From Bacteriovoracia bacterium (GTDB lineage Bacteria > Bdellovibrionota > UBA1018 > JBFWNL01), in assembly GCA_050251055.1 (NCBI GenBank), contig JBFWNL010000001.1, forward strand, positions 587,825-651,824: a DNA stretch of 64,000 nucleotides, written 5' to 3'. Positions within the stretch are counted from its first letter, which is position 1. Every line of letters starts with the position of its first letter. The position numbers and the translations under genes are program-made. Below are positions 1 to 8,480 of the stretch, piece after piece. Under the pieces are notes generated by a model. It was not told the origin of the DNA. It was given only the letters and a program-made list of their open reading frames with translations, and searched no databases.

Positions 1-558
1 TTTGAGATTCACCACGCTCTTGGCGCCCCAATCCTCACGCTCCTGCGCCGTCAGCTGGGGACGATTCGCCTCGGGCGTAAGCCAAAACCAGATATCGATA
101 TCGAGCCCGCTCTGATGGCTCATGTGCCCCACCAGCGTGGGACCACCGCGCACGAGGTTCAGGTTACCCAGGAGCAGCGTTCCCAACTTGTCGCGATGGA
201 CTTGCTTGCCCAGGTTTTTCACATAGTGGATCAACGTCGGATGCCCGAAGCGCTTTCCCGTCGTCGGGTGCATGACGTGGTAACCTGGCCCCGAGAGCGG
301 TAGCTCTTCGGAACCTACGATGCAGCCGGCGGTGTAGTTTCCGATGGCTTGGGCCGCGCCTTTCGCGGGCGTCGTGAACTTGGGCCAGGGATTGTCGATC
401 AGCGGCGGAGGGGAAGGCTCAGGCACGGGGCCGGTCGCCGAGTCGGGACCGGTTGGGCTAGCCGCACCGGGCTCCGTCGTAGCGCTCGCGCCGATCGAAG
501 CGGCCAGGAGAAGAACACTTAAAATCGAGATATCTACCGCTCGACTTCGAGGTTTCAG
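1..558 (-). CDS. mepA: Penicillin-insensitive murein endopeptidase MepA (peptidase M74), 3' end runs off the window
   Basis: Not in the ORF track. Manual translation gives ...NPWPKFTTPAKGAAQAIGNYTAGCIVG...FGHPTL...GHMSHQSGLDIDIWF, matching the MepA HxSHQxGLDxD zinc motif. The signal peptide is only present if the start is CTG at 558, overlapping the preA TGA. Confidence 0.88.
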   Translation of the reverse strand, partial: MKPRSRAVDISILSVLLLAASIGASATTEPGAASPTGPDSATGPVPEPSPPPLIDNPWPKFTTPAKGAAQAIGNYTAGCIVGSEELPLSGPGYHVMHPTTGKRFGHPTLIHYVKNLGKQVHRDKLGTLLLGNLNLVRGGPTLVGHMSHQSGLDIDIWFWLTPEANRPQLTAQEREDWGAKSVVNLK

Positions 559-1835
559 CGCGTGCTCCGCATGGGATTATTCGGATGCTGGGTCCAATTC
601 AAATAGGGCTTGCCGGTTTCCTGCGGGACCATCGTGATGCAATCGGGAACCGGGCAAACCATGTGGCAAAGATTACAACCCACGCACTCGGACTCGATGA
701 TCTCGTACTTACGGCCCAGCTTCGCGGCGCCCGTACGCTGAGCGCTGATCGCCTGGTGGGAGGTGTCTTCGCAGGCGATGTAGCAAAGCCCGCACCCAAT
801 GCACTTATCTTCGTCGATGTGGGCGATCGTCTTGTAATTCAGATCCAGATACTGCCAATCGGTGACGTTCGGAATGGCGCGGCCAATGAAGTCCTCGAGC
901 TTGCGGTACCCCTTCTGGTCCATCCAGTTGCCCAGGCCATCGATCATGTCATCGACGATCTTAAAACCATAGTGCATGGCCGCCGTGCAGACCTGCACGC
1001 TGTAGGAGCCTAAAGCCATGAACTCGGCGGCGTCCCGCCAGGTGGAAATTCCGCCGATCCCCGAGATCGGCAAGCCCTTGGTCTCGGGATCGCGCGCGAT
1101 CTCCGACACCATATTGAGCGCGATGGGCTTAACGGCCGGGCCGCAATATCCGCCGTGCGTCCCCTTCCCGCCCACGGTGGGCTGGGGGGCCATGACATCG
1201 AGATCGACGGCGGTAATCGAATTAATGGTATTAATCAGCGAAACGCCGTCCGCCCCGCCGGCCTTCGCCGCGCGGGCGGGCTTGCGCACGTCGGAAATAT
1301 TGGGAGTGAGCTTCACGAGCACCGGCATGCGCGTGTGGGCCTTGCACCAGCGCGTGACCATTTCCACGTATTCCGGGACCTGACCCACGGCGGATCCCAT
1401 ACCCCGCTCGCTCATGCCGTGCGGACAGCCGAAGTTGAGCTCGATGCCGTCGGCGTTCGTGTCTTCTAGCTTCTTGAGGATCGTTTTCCAGCTCTCCTCG
1501 TTGCAAGGAACCATCAGCGAAATCACGAGCGCCCGGTCCGGCCACTCGCGCTTGGTTTCCTTGATTTCCTGCAAGTTCACGTCGAACGGACGGTCGGTAA
1601 TGAGCTCGATGTTATTGAGCCCCATCACCCGCTGGCCATTGAGGTCGACCGACCCGTAGCGGGAGCTGACGTTCACCACCGGCGGATCTTCACCCAACGT
1701 CTTCCAAACCACGCCGCCCCACCCGGCCTGGAAGGCGCGCACGACATTATACTTCTTGTCCGTCGGTGGCGCGGAAGCCAGCCAAAACGGGTTCGGCGAT
1801 TTGATGCCCGCCATATTGCAGCGTAGATCAGCCAT
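555..1835 (-). CDS. preA: NAD-dependent dihydropyrimidine dehydrogenase subunit PreA
   Basis: NPFWLASAPPT, ELNFGCPHGMSERGMG active-site loop, two C-terminal 4Fe-4S motifs (CIGCGLC, CVGCNLC). Likely start is ATG 1835 (MADLRC), overlapping the preT stop. Confidence 0.95.
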   Translation of the reverse strand: MADLRCNMAGIKSPNPFWLASAPPTDKKYNVVRAFQAGWGGVVWKTLGEDPPVVNVSSRYGSVDLNGQRVMGLNNIELITDRPFDVNLQEIKETKREWPDRALVISLMVPCNEESWKTILKKLEDTNADGIELNFGCPHGMSERGMGSAVGQVPEYVEMVTRWCKAHTRMPVLVKLTPNISDVRKPARAAKAGGADGVSLINTINSITAVDLDVMAPQPTVGGKGTHGGYCGPAVKPIALNMVSEIARDPETKGLPISGIGGISTWRDAAEFMALGSYSVQVCTAAMHYGFKIVDDMIDGLGNWMDQKGYRKLEDFIGRAIPNVTDWQYLDLNYKTIAHIDEDKCIGCGLCYIACEDTSHQAISAQRTGAAKLGRKYEIIESECVGCNLCHMVCPVPDCITMVPQETGKPYLNWTQHPNNPMRSTR

Positions 1836-3231
1836 GGATTTCCTCGCCATCGATCGCGTTGTGGCCCCGGCGCATCTCCAGCGGCACCTCCTGGCCAGTG
1901 AGGTCCAGGTGAATCGCGTGCGCGGCAAGCTTACCGTCTTGCACGGCGTTCACTGTCAGCGCGCCGGCATTGATGCAGTCGCCGCCCGCGTAAACCCCGG
2001 GTAGCGACGTCTGTCGCCGATTATTCACAACGATTCGGCCCTTCCCGATCTGTAGCTCTTCGGTCCCTTCGCCGAGCTTAGCGGGCACCAACACCTGGCC
2101 GATCGCCTTGAAGACCTGATCCACCGGGATTTCGAACGTGTCGCCGGTACCCACGAGCTTCGCGCCGTCCAGCCGTGTCTGCTCGAAGCGGATCACGGAG
2201 ACGCCCTGAGCATCGCCCACCAAGGCTTCGGGCTTAGCCCAGTAACGGATCAAGACGCCGTTGTTCTTTGCCAACTCTTGCTCGTACCAGGTAGCGCCCA
2301 TGGCGTCGGGACCGCGGCGGTAAACCAGGGTCACGGCTTCGGCTCCCAGACGTTTCATCTGCACGGCAATATCGATCGCCGTGTTGCCGCCGCCGATCAC
2401 GACCACGCGTTTACCTACTTTGATCTTGGCTAAATCTTCCACTTGGCGAAGTTCCGCGATCGCGTCGACCGCATCCACCACGCCGTCCATGAGCTCGCCC
2501 TCGAGCGAGAGCGCGTTCGTGCCGGCCAAGCCGACGCCTAAAAACACGGCGTCGAAATCCTTGCGCAGCCGCTTGAGGCTCAAATCCCGTCCGAGCGCCT
2601 TGCCGGTCTCGAGCTCGATGCCGCCCACGCTCAGGATGAACTGAAGTTCGCGCTGGGCGAAATCATCGACCATCTTGTAGGCAGCCAAGCCGTATTCATT
2701 CAAGCCGCCGGCCTTCGGCTGGGCTTCGAAAACCTTTACTTGATGTCCTAAGAGCGCCAGGCGATGCGCGCACGCCATGCCAGCAGGGCCGGCGCCCACG
2801 ACCGCCACGCGCTTGCCCGTCGTGGCGTGGCGGGTAAACGGCTGCACGCGCGCATCAAAAAGCCAATCCGTCGCGTGCCGCTGCAACAAGCCGATGGTCA
2901 CGGGTTTTTCTTCGGAATGATTGCGTACACAGGCGCTCTCGCAAAGCGTTTCCACCGGACAGACGCGCGCGCAGGTGCCGCCCATGATATTTTCGGAAAG
3001 GATGTCCACGGCGGCGCCCTTTAAGTTGCCGGTCGAGATCTTACGGATGAAACTCGGGATATTGATCCCCGTCGGGCAGGCCTGGATGCAGGGTGCATCG
3101 TGGCAGAAGAAACACCGGCTCGCTTCAATGGCCGCAGTCTTACCTTCCAGCGGCGCATGGAGATCTTCGAAGTTTTTACGATAGTCCTCGCGGGTCAAAC
3201 GTCCCGCGGCGATGTCATGCTGGTGTTTCAT
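1828..3231 (-). CDS. preT: Dihydropyrimidine dehydrogenase subunit PreT (GltD-like Fe-S flavoprotein)
   Basis: EASRCFFCHDAPCIQACP Fe-S motif, GAGPAG and GGGNTA Rossmann motifs, adjacent to preA. Start taken at ATG 3231 (MKHQHD). Confidence 0.93.
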   Translation of the reverse strand: MKHQHDIAAGRLTREDYRKNFEDLHAPLEGKTAAIEASRCFFCHDAPCIQACPTGINIPSFIRKISTGNLKGAAVDILSENIMGGTCARVCPVETLCESACVRNHSEEKPVTIGLLQRHATDWLFDARVQPFTRHATTGKRVAVVGAGPAGMACAHRLALLGHQVKVFEAQPKAGGLNEYGLAAYKMVDDFAQRELQFILSVGGIELETGKALGRDLSLKRLRKDFDAVFLGVGLAGTNALSLEGELMDGVVDAVDAIAELRQVEDLAKIKVGKRVVVIGGGNTAIDIAVQMKRLGAEAVTLVYRRGPDAMGATWYEQELAKNNGVLIRYWAKPEALVGDAQGVSVIRFEQTRLDGAKLVGTGDTFEIPVDQVFKAIGQVLVPAKLGEGTEELQIGKGRIVVNNRRQTSLPGVYAGGDCINAGALTVNAVQDGKLAAHAIHLDLTGQEVPLEMRRGHNAIDGEEIHG

Positions 3232-3333
3232 AAGGGAAAGAGACACTTTTCCCTGTCTGAAAGCGTTGGTCAAGCGCCAAAAGCCTGAATTGGAGCCCCA
3301 AAACGGGGACTCAATCACGCCGCCTGATTCAGC

Positions 3334-3849
3334 TTAGAACGGACAGAAGTTAATGCCGCCGTTATTGAAATAGAGCGTCTGACGCGCAGCGCTAGAGAAG
3401 TAAGAATACGGGCAAACCGGCTGGCCATCGAGCAAAACCCGCATATAGAACTGGGTGAAGCCGTTCGGCAGGATCCCGAGCTGCTGATTGTCCACGACCA
3501 CATCCCCCACCCGCAGCGAGCTGATGGTCAGACCGTCCATCTGAGTCGAGATATGGCTCGTGTGGTAGATCGTGATTGAGTACCCGCCGTTGGAACCGGT
3601 CGTGACAGACGACACCACGCCCGGAGCCGGCACAATGATCGGCGTCGTATAGGCCGAAACCGTGAGCGTGATGGAGTTCGTCGAAGTCGAGTACGCGGTA
3701 AAGCCCACCAGCGCCCCCGTGGCGAAGGGCAAGCTCAGACTCGGCGTCGAGTTCGGGTTAGTGAAAACATTGAGAGGATGAGTGCCTCCGCATCCCCCAA
3801 CCAAGGTCGATATCGTCAAAGCTAGACCCAATCGTGAAAATTTATTCAT
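3334..3849 (-). CDS. Lipoprotein with a degenerate M23/LytM peptidase-like domain
   Basis: Lipobox LVGG-C. TPIIVPAPGVV...ITIYH...LRVGDVV..QQLG...DGQPVCP follows the M23 pattern but has no HxxxD or HxH zinc ligands. ATGA overlap with the upstream gene. Confidence 0.7.
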   Translation of the reverse strand: MNKFSRLGLALTISTLVGGCGGTHPLNVFTNPNSTPSLSLPFATGALVGFTAYSTSTNSITLTVSAYTTPIIVPAPGVVSSVTTGSNGGYSITIYHTSHISTQMDGLTISSLRVGDVVVDNQQLGILPNGFTQFYMRVLLDGQPVCPYSYFSSAARQTLYFNNGGINFCPF

Positions 3850-4436
3850 ATCGGCATCCTCAACGAAAGCGACGCGGCCCAAGTGAGCAAGGAATTGCGG
3901 TTAAATACGACGGTAAAAGGGGTTTCAAGCTCGAGACTGATCGGATCAAACAGCTTCATGGAGGCACCGACACGGATCTGCATCGCGAACGAGCCGCCGG
4001 AGTTGCCCACCACGCCACCAATCATCCCGTCCTGCGGGAAAGACAGCCAGCTATACATGAAGCCAGGGCCGACGGACATGAAAGGCGAGAGGACGAAGCC
4101 TTCCGATTTCTCGCGCCACTCGATGTTGGTAAAAAGACCCAGCTGACGGAGCACCGTGGTTTCCATGCCGCGAATCGCGAAAGGCTGGTACACGCCCGTG
4201 AGCACCATCTCGAAGTGATTTCCCAAAAGTTTTTCGTTGGACCACCAGATCTGCGCGCTCACACCCGCCAAGCGCGCATAAGTGAGATAATTATCGCCCA
4301 AAGTGGTCGGTAACGAAGTCCCCACGGCAATCGCGCCGAATTCCGCGCGGGCCGGGGGCGCCGTCAGCGCCAATCCCAGGCAAATCGCAACTGTCGTTAA
4401 TAAAGAGGTACTGCCCACTACTCGCCTACGCGCCAT
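3846..4436 (-). CDS. Small outer-membrane beta-barrel protein
   Basis: Sec signal ending ARA, alternating amphipathic beta-strands (PFMSVGPGFMYS, IRVGASMKL). Confidence 0.65.
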   Translation of the reverse strand: MARRRVVGSTSLLTTVAICLGLALTAPPARAEFGAIAVGTSLPTTLGDNYLTYARLAGVSAQIWWSNEKLLGNHFEMVLTGVYQPFAIRGMETTVLRQLGLFTNIEWREKSEGFVLSPFMSVGPGFMYSWLSFPQDGMIGGVVGNSGGSFAMQIRVGASMKLFDPISLELETPFTVVFNRNSLLTWAASLSLRMPI

Positions 4437-4568
4437 AAAAAGAGTTCCCCTTAGATATTAGGATATGTCTTTTCGGGAAAACTACAATGATTTACTCCGC
4501 ATCGCTCCGAACGCGGCGCATAACACTCATGCAGCATTCCCTTCAGCGTAGATTCTCTGACACTATCA

Positions 4569-4598
4569 TTGCCAGCCAACCCCTCGCCCCTTTATAAA
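4569..4598 (+). promoter_or_regulatory. Putative sigma70 promoter of the MNIO operon (possibly leaderless)
   Basis: TTGCCA-N18-TATAAA ending 7 nt before ATG 4606. Confidence 0.35.
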
Positions 4599-4605
4599 AA
4601 GGGGG

Positions 4606-5460
4606 ATGCTGCAAGTTGGCGTGGGTCTGCGCAAAGACCACTACGAACACATTTTCGAACACCGACCCCAAGTGGGGTGGTTTGAAGCCATCAGCGAAAA
4701 CTTCATGGGTATTCATTCCGCACCCACGGGCGGTCGCCCGTTATGGACGCTCGAACGCATCCGGCGGGATTACCCCGTCGTGCTGCACGGGGTTTCACTT
4801 TCGATCGGTTCGGCCGATCCGGTGGACGCGGCTTATCTCAAACGCCTGGCCGATCTCTACGAGCGCGTGCAACCCGCCTGGGTCTCCGATCATCTTTGCT
4901 GGACCGGCGTGGATGGCGAAAATCTCCACGACCTGCTTCCGCTTCCTTTCACCCGGGAGGCGCTCGATCACGTAGTCACGAAGGTGAGCCAGGTCCAGAC
5001 CGCGCTCAAACGACGAATCCTACTAGAAAACGTTTCTAGCTACGTCACGTTTCCAGATTCCGAGATGACCGAGTGGGAGTTCCTGGCCGAAATCGCGCGC
5101 CGCTCAGGCTGCGGGATCCTGCTCGATCTGAACAATGTTTTCGTCAGCGCGAAGAACCACGGATTCTCCGCAAAGGAATTCATCCAGGGTATCCCCACCG
5201 GGTCCGTGGGCCAGTTTCATTTGGCCGGACATTCGGATCGCGGCTCGTTCCTGTTCGATACCCACGATCATCCGGTCTGCGACGAAGTTTGGGCCCTTTA
5301 TCGAGAGGCATTAAAGAAGTTCGGCCCCGTACCCACGCTCATCGAATGGGATGACCGCATCCCTCCCTTCCCGGAGCTCATGCGGGAAGCCTCCAAGGCC
5401 GAGACCATCTGGCGAACGCAATTCCCCATGCAGGAGGCTCCCCATGTCTCGCCTCATTGA
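4606..5460 (+). CDS. DUF692 / MNIO multinuclear non-heme iron oxidative enzyme (BufB-like RiPP maturase)
   Basis: VGVGLR, LHGVSLSIG, VSDHLCW, DLLPLP, LLENVSSY, LLDLNN, FHLAGH, DTHD, LIEWD: the characteristic iron-ligand motifs are present. Confidence 0.95.
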   Translation: MLQVGVGLRKDHYEHIFEHRPQVGWFEAISENFMGIHSAPTGGRPLWTLERIRRDYPVVLHGVSLSIGSADPVDAAYLKRLADLYERVQPAWVSDHLCWTGVDGENLHDLLPLPFTREALDHVVTKVSQVQTALKRRILLENVSSYVTFPDSEMTEWEFLAEIARRSGCGILLDLNNVFVSAKNHGFSAKEFIQGIPTGSVGQFHLAGHSDRGSFLFDTHDHPVCDEVWALYREALKKFGPVPTLIEWDDRIPPFPELMREASKAETIWRTQFPMQEAPHVSPH

Positions 5461-6277
5461 AACCCAGCGCTGGGTGAAATGGGCGATGACCTACCAGGCA
5501 CCACTTACAAAGCTACCCGCCCGAGGCCCCGGAAATCAAAGTGCGACGGATGTCGTACGCGCCTTTCGGGGAGGAATTCCTATCGACGGCCTCGCCGTTT
5601 ATCAAGACGGCTACTTCGCTCGACTCGGAGATGCGCTCAAGGACGATTTCGAATGCGTTCACAAGCTCCTGGGCGAGCAAAACTTCGCGCTCCTAGGCAT
5701 GGCGTACCTCGATCAACATCCGTCCCATAGCTTCACCCTGGGTGATATCGGGGCGGATTTCATCGCCTTCGTCACACGGCATCCGCTCGCCGAAGCGCGT
5801 CCCGTGCTCCTGGACGCAGCCCGGCTCTGCACCGCCGTCAACCGTACTTTCTACACCCCTTACCTGCCGCGGTTTAACCCAGCCCGGCTCGGGGAAGTTC
5901 CCGCCGAAGCCTGGGCATCGGCCACGCTTTCGCTGGATCCTTCGGTGTGTGTGCTCGAATCTCGGTGGATGCTCGATCGACTTTGGGAAGCCCGACGCGA
6001 AGCCGAACCCTATTCCGACGCGTGGCTCGCCCCCGCGGAGACTCCCGGCCACTATCTCATTTTCCGCCACGACTCCACTGGCCAAGACCACGGCGGTTTC
6101 CCAGTGGTAACTCGATTACTTCTCGCTCAGGCTCGTTTCCTGGAGGAAATCGCCCGGGGCGCTTCCTTGGGCGACGCGTGCGAAGCGATCGATGCCGCGG
6201 GTGAAACCGAGATCATGGAGTGGTTCACCGCCTGGGTGCAAACCGGCGTCATCCGCAGCGTGCACTTTTCGCATTAA
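5444..6277 (+). CDS. DUF2063 / BufC-like MNIO partner protein (peptide-recognition subunit)
   Basis: LAVYQDGYFARLGDALKDDF..V..LLGEQNF...YLDQHPSHSFTL..IG..F motif; overlaps the DUF692 stop; start ATG 5444. Confidence 0.9.
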   Translation: MSRLIETQRWVKWAMTYQAPLTKLPARGPGNQSATDVVRAFRGGIPIDGLAVYQDGYFARLGDALKDDFECVHKLLGEQNFALLGMAYLDQHPSHSFTLGDIGADFIAFVTRHPLAEARPVLLDAARLCTAVNRTFYTPYLPRFNPARLGEVPAEAWASATLSLDPSVCVLESRWMLDRLWEARREAEPYSDAWLAPAETPGHYLIFRHDSTGQDHGGFPVVTRLLLAQARFLEEIARGASLGDACEAIDAAGETEIMEWFTAWVQTGVIRSVHFSH

Positions 6278-6343
6278 TCCGTTGTCTTTGAGGGTTAACT
6301 GCTAAATAATTTTGGAACTATCAAAACTCAAAGGAGTCTCTTC

Positions 6344-6952
6344 ATGTATCAGCATGCACTTACGGTTTTTTGCGCTTTCTTAATCGCCGGCCTCGCTAAC
6401 GCCCAGGCCGCTACTTACAACATCGATCCGGCTCACTCGAGCGTGAACTTCAAGATCCGCCACCTCGTCTCCAAGACGCGCGGCAAATTCGACAAGTTCA
6501 CCGGTACGTTCGAGTACCACAAAGACAAGCTCGCCGATTCCAAGCTCATGGGCACGGTCGAAACCGCGAGCATCAATACCGATAACCAGAAGCGTGATGA
6601 ACATCTGCGCTCGGACGACTTCTTTGCCGCGAAGAAGTTTCCGAAAATCGAATTCGTCAGCACCAAGTTCACCGACCAGAAAGACGGCAAGGCGACGATC
6701 GAGGGAAACATCACGATCAAGGGCGTGACTAAGCCCATCACGCTCGCGGCGGAAATCGGCGGCGAAGCGAAGGACCCCTGGGGCAATCAAGTCGTCGGAT
6801 TTTCCGCGACCGGGAAGCTGAATCGGAAGGACTTCGGCATCGTTTGGAACAAAACCCTCGACGCCGGCGGCTTGATGCTCGGCGAAGACGTCGAAATCGC
6901 CCTCGAATTCGAAGGCGGCGCGGCGAAAACCGACGCCCCTAAGAAAAAGTAG
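6344..6952 (+). CDS. yceI: YceI family periplasmic lipid/isoprenoid-binding protein
   Basis: Signal peptide AQA, YNIDPAHSSVNFKIRHL, RDEHLRSDDFF, DPWGN..GFSATG.LNRKDFG; RBS AAGGAG. Confidence 0.93.
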   Translation: MYQHALTVFCAFLIAGLANAQAATYNIDPAHSSVNFKIRHLVSKTRGKFDKFTGTFEYHKDKLADSKLMGTVETASINTDNQKRDEHLRSDDFFAAKKFPKIEFVSTKFTDQKDGKATIEGNITIKGVTKPITLAAEIGGEAKDPWGNQVVGFSATGKLNRKDFGIVWNKTLDAGGLMLGEDVEIALEFEGGAAKTDAPKKK

Positions 6953-6993
6953 TGAACCCGTAGTAAAACCCTCATTCTAAGAAAGGAATGATC

Positions 6994-7260
6994 ATGAATA
7001 AGAAGCAAATGTTGGTTTTGGCGGCCGTAGCGGCCGGTTTGGCTGCCAGCCCCGCGATGGCGAAGGACGCCAAGGCGAAAGGCAAAAAAGCCGCCGCCGA
7101 GATGAAGTGCGAAGGTGGCAACGCGTGCAAAGGCCATAGCGATTGCAAGGGCGCGTCCCACGAATGCAAAGGCCACAACGAGTGCAAGGGCCAGGGCTGG
7201 GTACACACGAAGGACCAAGCCGCTTGCGACGAAGCTAAGGCTAAAGCCCACGGCGCCTAA
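6994..7260 (+). CDS. Secreted 6-Cys RiPP precursor (BufA2/bufferin-like), His-rich
   Basis: Signal peptide AMA; core C-EGGNA-CKG-HSD-CKG-ASHE-CKG-HNE-CKG-QGW...C; RBS AAGGA. Confidence 0.88.
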   Translation: MNKKQMLVLAAVAAGLAASPAMAKDAKAKGKKAAAEMKCEGGNACKGHSDCKGASHECKGHNECKGQGWVHTKDQAACDEAKAKAHGA

Positions 7261-7278
7261 GCCCTCCAGGAGAACACC

Positions 7279-7596
7279 ATGAACTTCAAACTTGAGAAAG
7301 CAGTGTTAATCGCCGCCGTAGCGGGCTTGATGGGCCACGGCGCGAGCTTGCGGGCCGACGACGCCGCGGCCCCCGCCGCCGGGGCGGCGGACGCCAAGGT
7401 GGAATGCCACGGCGTGAATGCCTGCAAGGGCAAGGGCGAATGCGGAAGCAAGGAAGAAGGCCATGGTTGCGCAGGCCTCAACTCCTGCAAAGGCAAGGGC
7501 TGGATTAGCCTGACCCAGAAGGAATGCGATGCCCGCAAAGCCGGTGCGGCCAAGGGCGGCAAGTCCAAGGGTAAGGGCAAAACCAAGACCTCTTGA
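7279..7596 (+). CDS. Second secreted 6-Cys RiPP precursor (BufA2/bufferin-like)
   Basis: Signal peptide LRA; core C-HGVNA-CKG-KGE-C-GSKEEGHG-CAG-LNS-CKG-KGW...C; Lys-rich tail; RBS AGGAG. Confidence 0.88.
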   Translation: MNFKLEKAVLIAAVAGLMGHGASLRADDAAAPAAGAADAKVECHGVNACKGKGECGSKEEGHGCAGLNSCKGKGWISLTQKECDARKAGAAKGGKSKGKGKTKTS

Positions 7597-7605
7597 CGGT
7601 ATTTT

Positions 7606-7667
7606 GACGCCCCCGCGAAGGACAAACGCCGACGGGTGATTGTCTTTTGCGGGGGCGTTTGTTTTTG
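7606..7667 (+). terminator. Rho-independent terminator after the precursor genes
   Basis: 20-bp stem (7606-7625 pairs with 7640-7659, three G-U pairs) followed by TGTTTTTG. Confidence 0.75.
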
Positions 7668-7687
7668 TGCTAGCATTGAACTCGGGT

Positions 7688-8473
7688 ATGCAGCAGGAAG
7701 ACTTTCGAGATATCGCCCTCATCGCCAACGGACTCTGGGGAGAGTCGCACCGCTCGGTCGCAGCCTCTCAGGAAACTGCGGCGGCCGTCTGCTTGCTCGA
7801 CCTTCCCGAAGACCGCACGCTCGAGCGAGTGTCGCTCGCGATGCTGGATCGAGCCCGGCGGGAAGGTGCCTCGGCGAATCCCACCCTACTGAACAATCCC
7901 TTCTACCGGTTGCACGCCGAAGAGCGTCTCATCCTCACGGCCCTGCATTTTTCCCGCTGGTCTTACGCCCGTCTCGCCCGGATACTGGGGGACACGCCGG
8001 AAGCCATCGAGATGACCGCTTGGCAGGCCCGCCTGCTGCTCGCCTCAACGAATCCACAGCGAAGCGGCAAGCCCCTCTTTTTTCCAGCGGGCTTGAATCG
8101 AGGGCCGCATTGTCCGGACTACAACCTGCGCGCCCCGTGGACCCAACGGTTCTTGGATGAAGAACTCGATCCGCAGCGGCGAATCTTTCTCCAAAGCCAT
8201 CTGGCCAACTGTCCGGGTTGCCGCCAATCCTTGAATCTAGGCCGAGAAGTGTATTACACGGCCGAGTCCATGCTCCCCCATCTGCGGGGTTCCGCCTCGG
8301 TGGAAGAAACGCTCGCGGCGACGCGCCGAGGTTTCCGCCGGATACGGGCCCGCCGCGTGGGCGATGATTTCACGCTTTGGCAAAGCCTAGTGATCTTCTT
8401 CGGGCGTGAAGACATCCGTCGCACCGCCGTGATCGCCGGGGCCGCGCTGATCCTGCTGAAGCTGTTTACTTAG
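7688..8473 (+). CDS. Degenerate ECF-sigma-like domain fused to zinc anti-sigma (zf-HC2) domain and C-terminal TM helix
   Basis: Region-4-like RLHAEERLIL...WSYARLARILGDTPEAIEM..WQARLLL; ZAS motif FLDEELD...HLANCPGC; hydrophobic C-terminus. Start taken at ATG 7688. Confidence 0.7.
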   Translation: MQQEDFRDIALIANGLWGESHRSVAASQETAAAVCLLDLPEDRTLERVSLAMLDRARREGASANPTLLNNPFYRLHAEERLILTALHFSRWSYARLARILGDTPEAIEMTAWQARLLLASTNPQRSGKPLFFPAGLNRGPHCPDYNLRAPWTQRFLDEELDPQRRIFLQSHLANCPGCRQSLNLGREVYYTAESMLPHLRGSASVEETLAATRRGFRRIRARRVGDDFTLWQSLVIFFGREDIRRTAVIAGAALILLKLFT

Positions 8474-8480
8474 ACCACGG

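Noticed and set aside
6280-6340. ECF (SigF-type GTAACC-N16-CGAA) promoter upstream of yceI
   Set aside because: Only a weak partial match (GTTAAC...GAAC), not enough to call.
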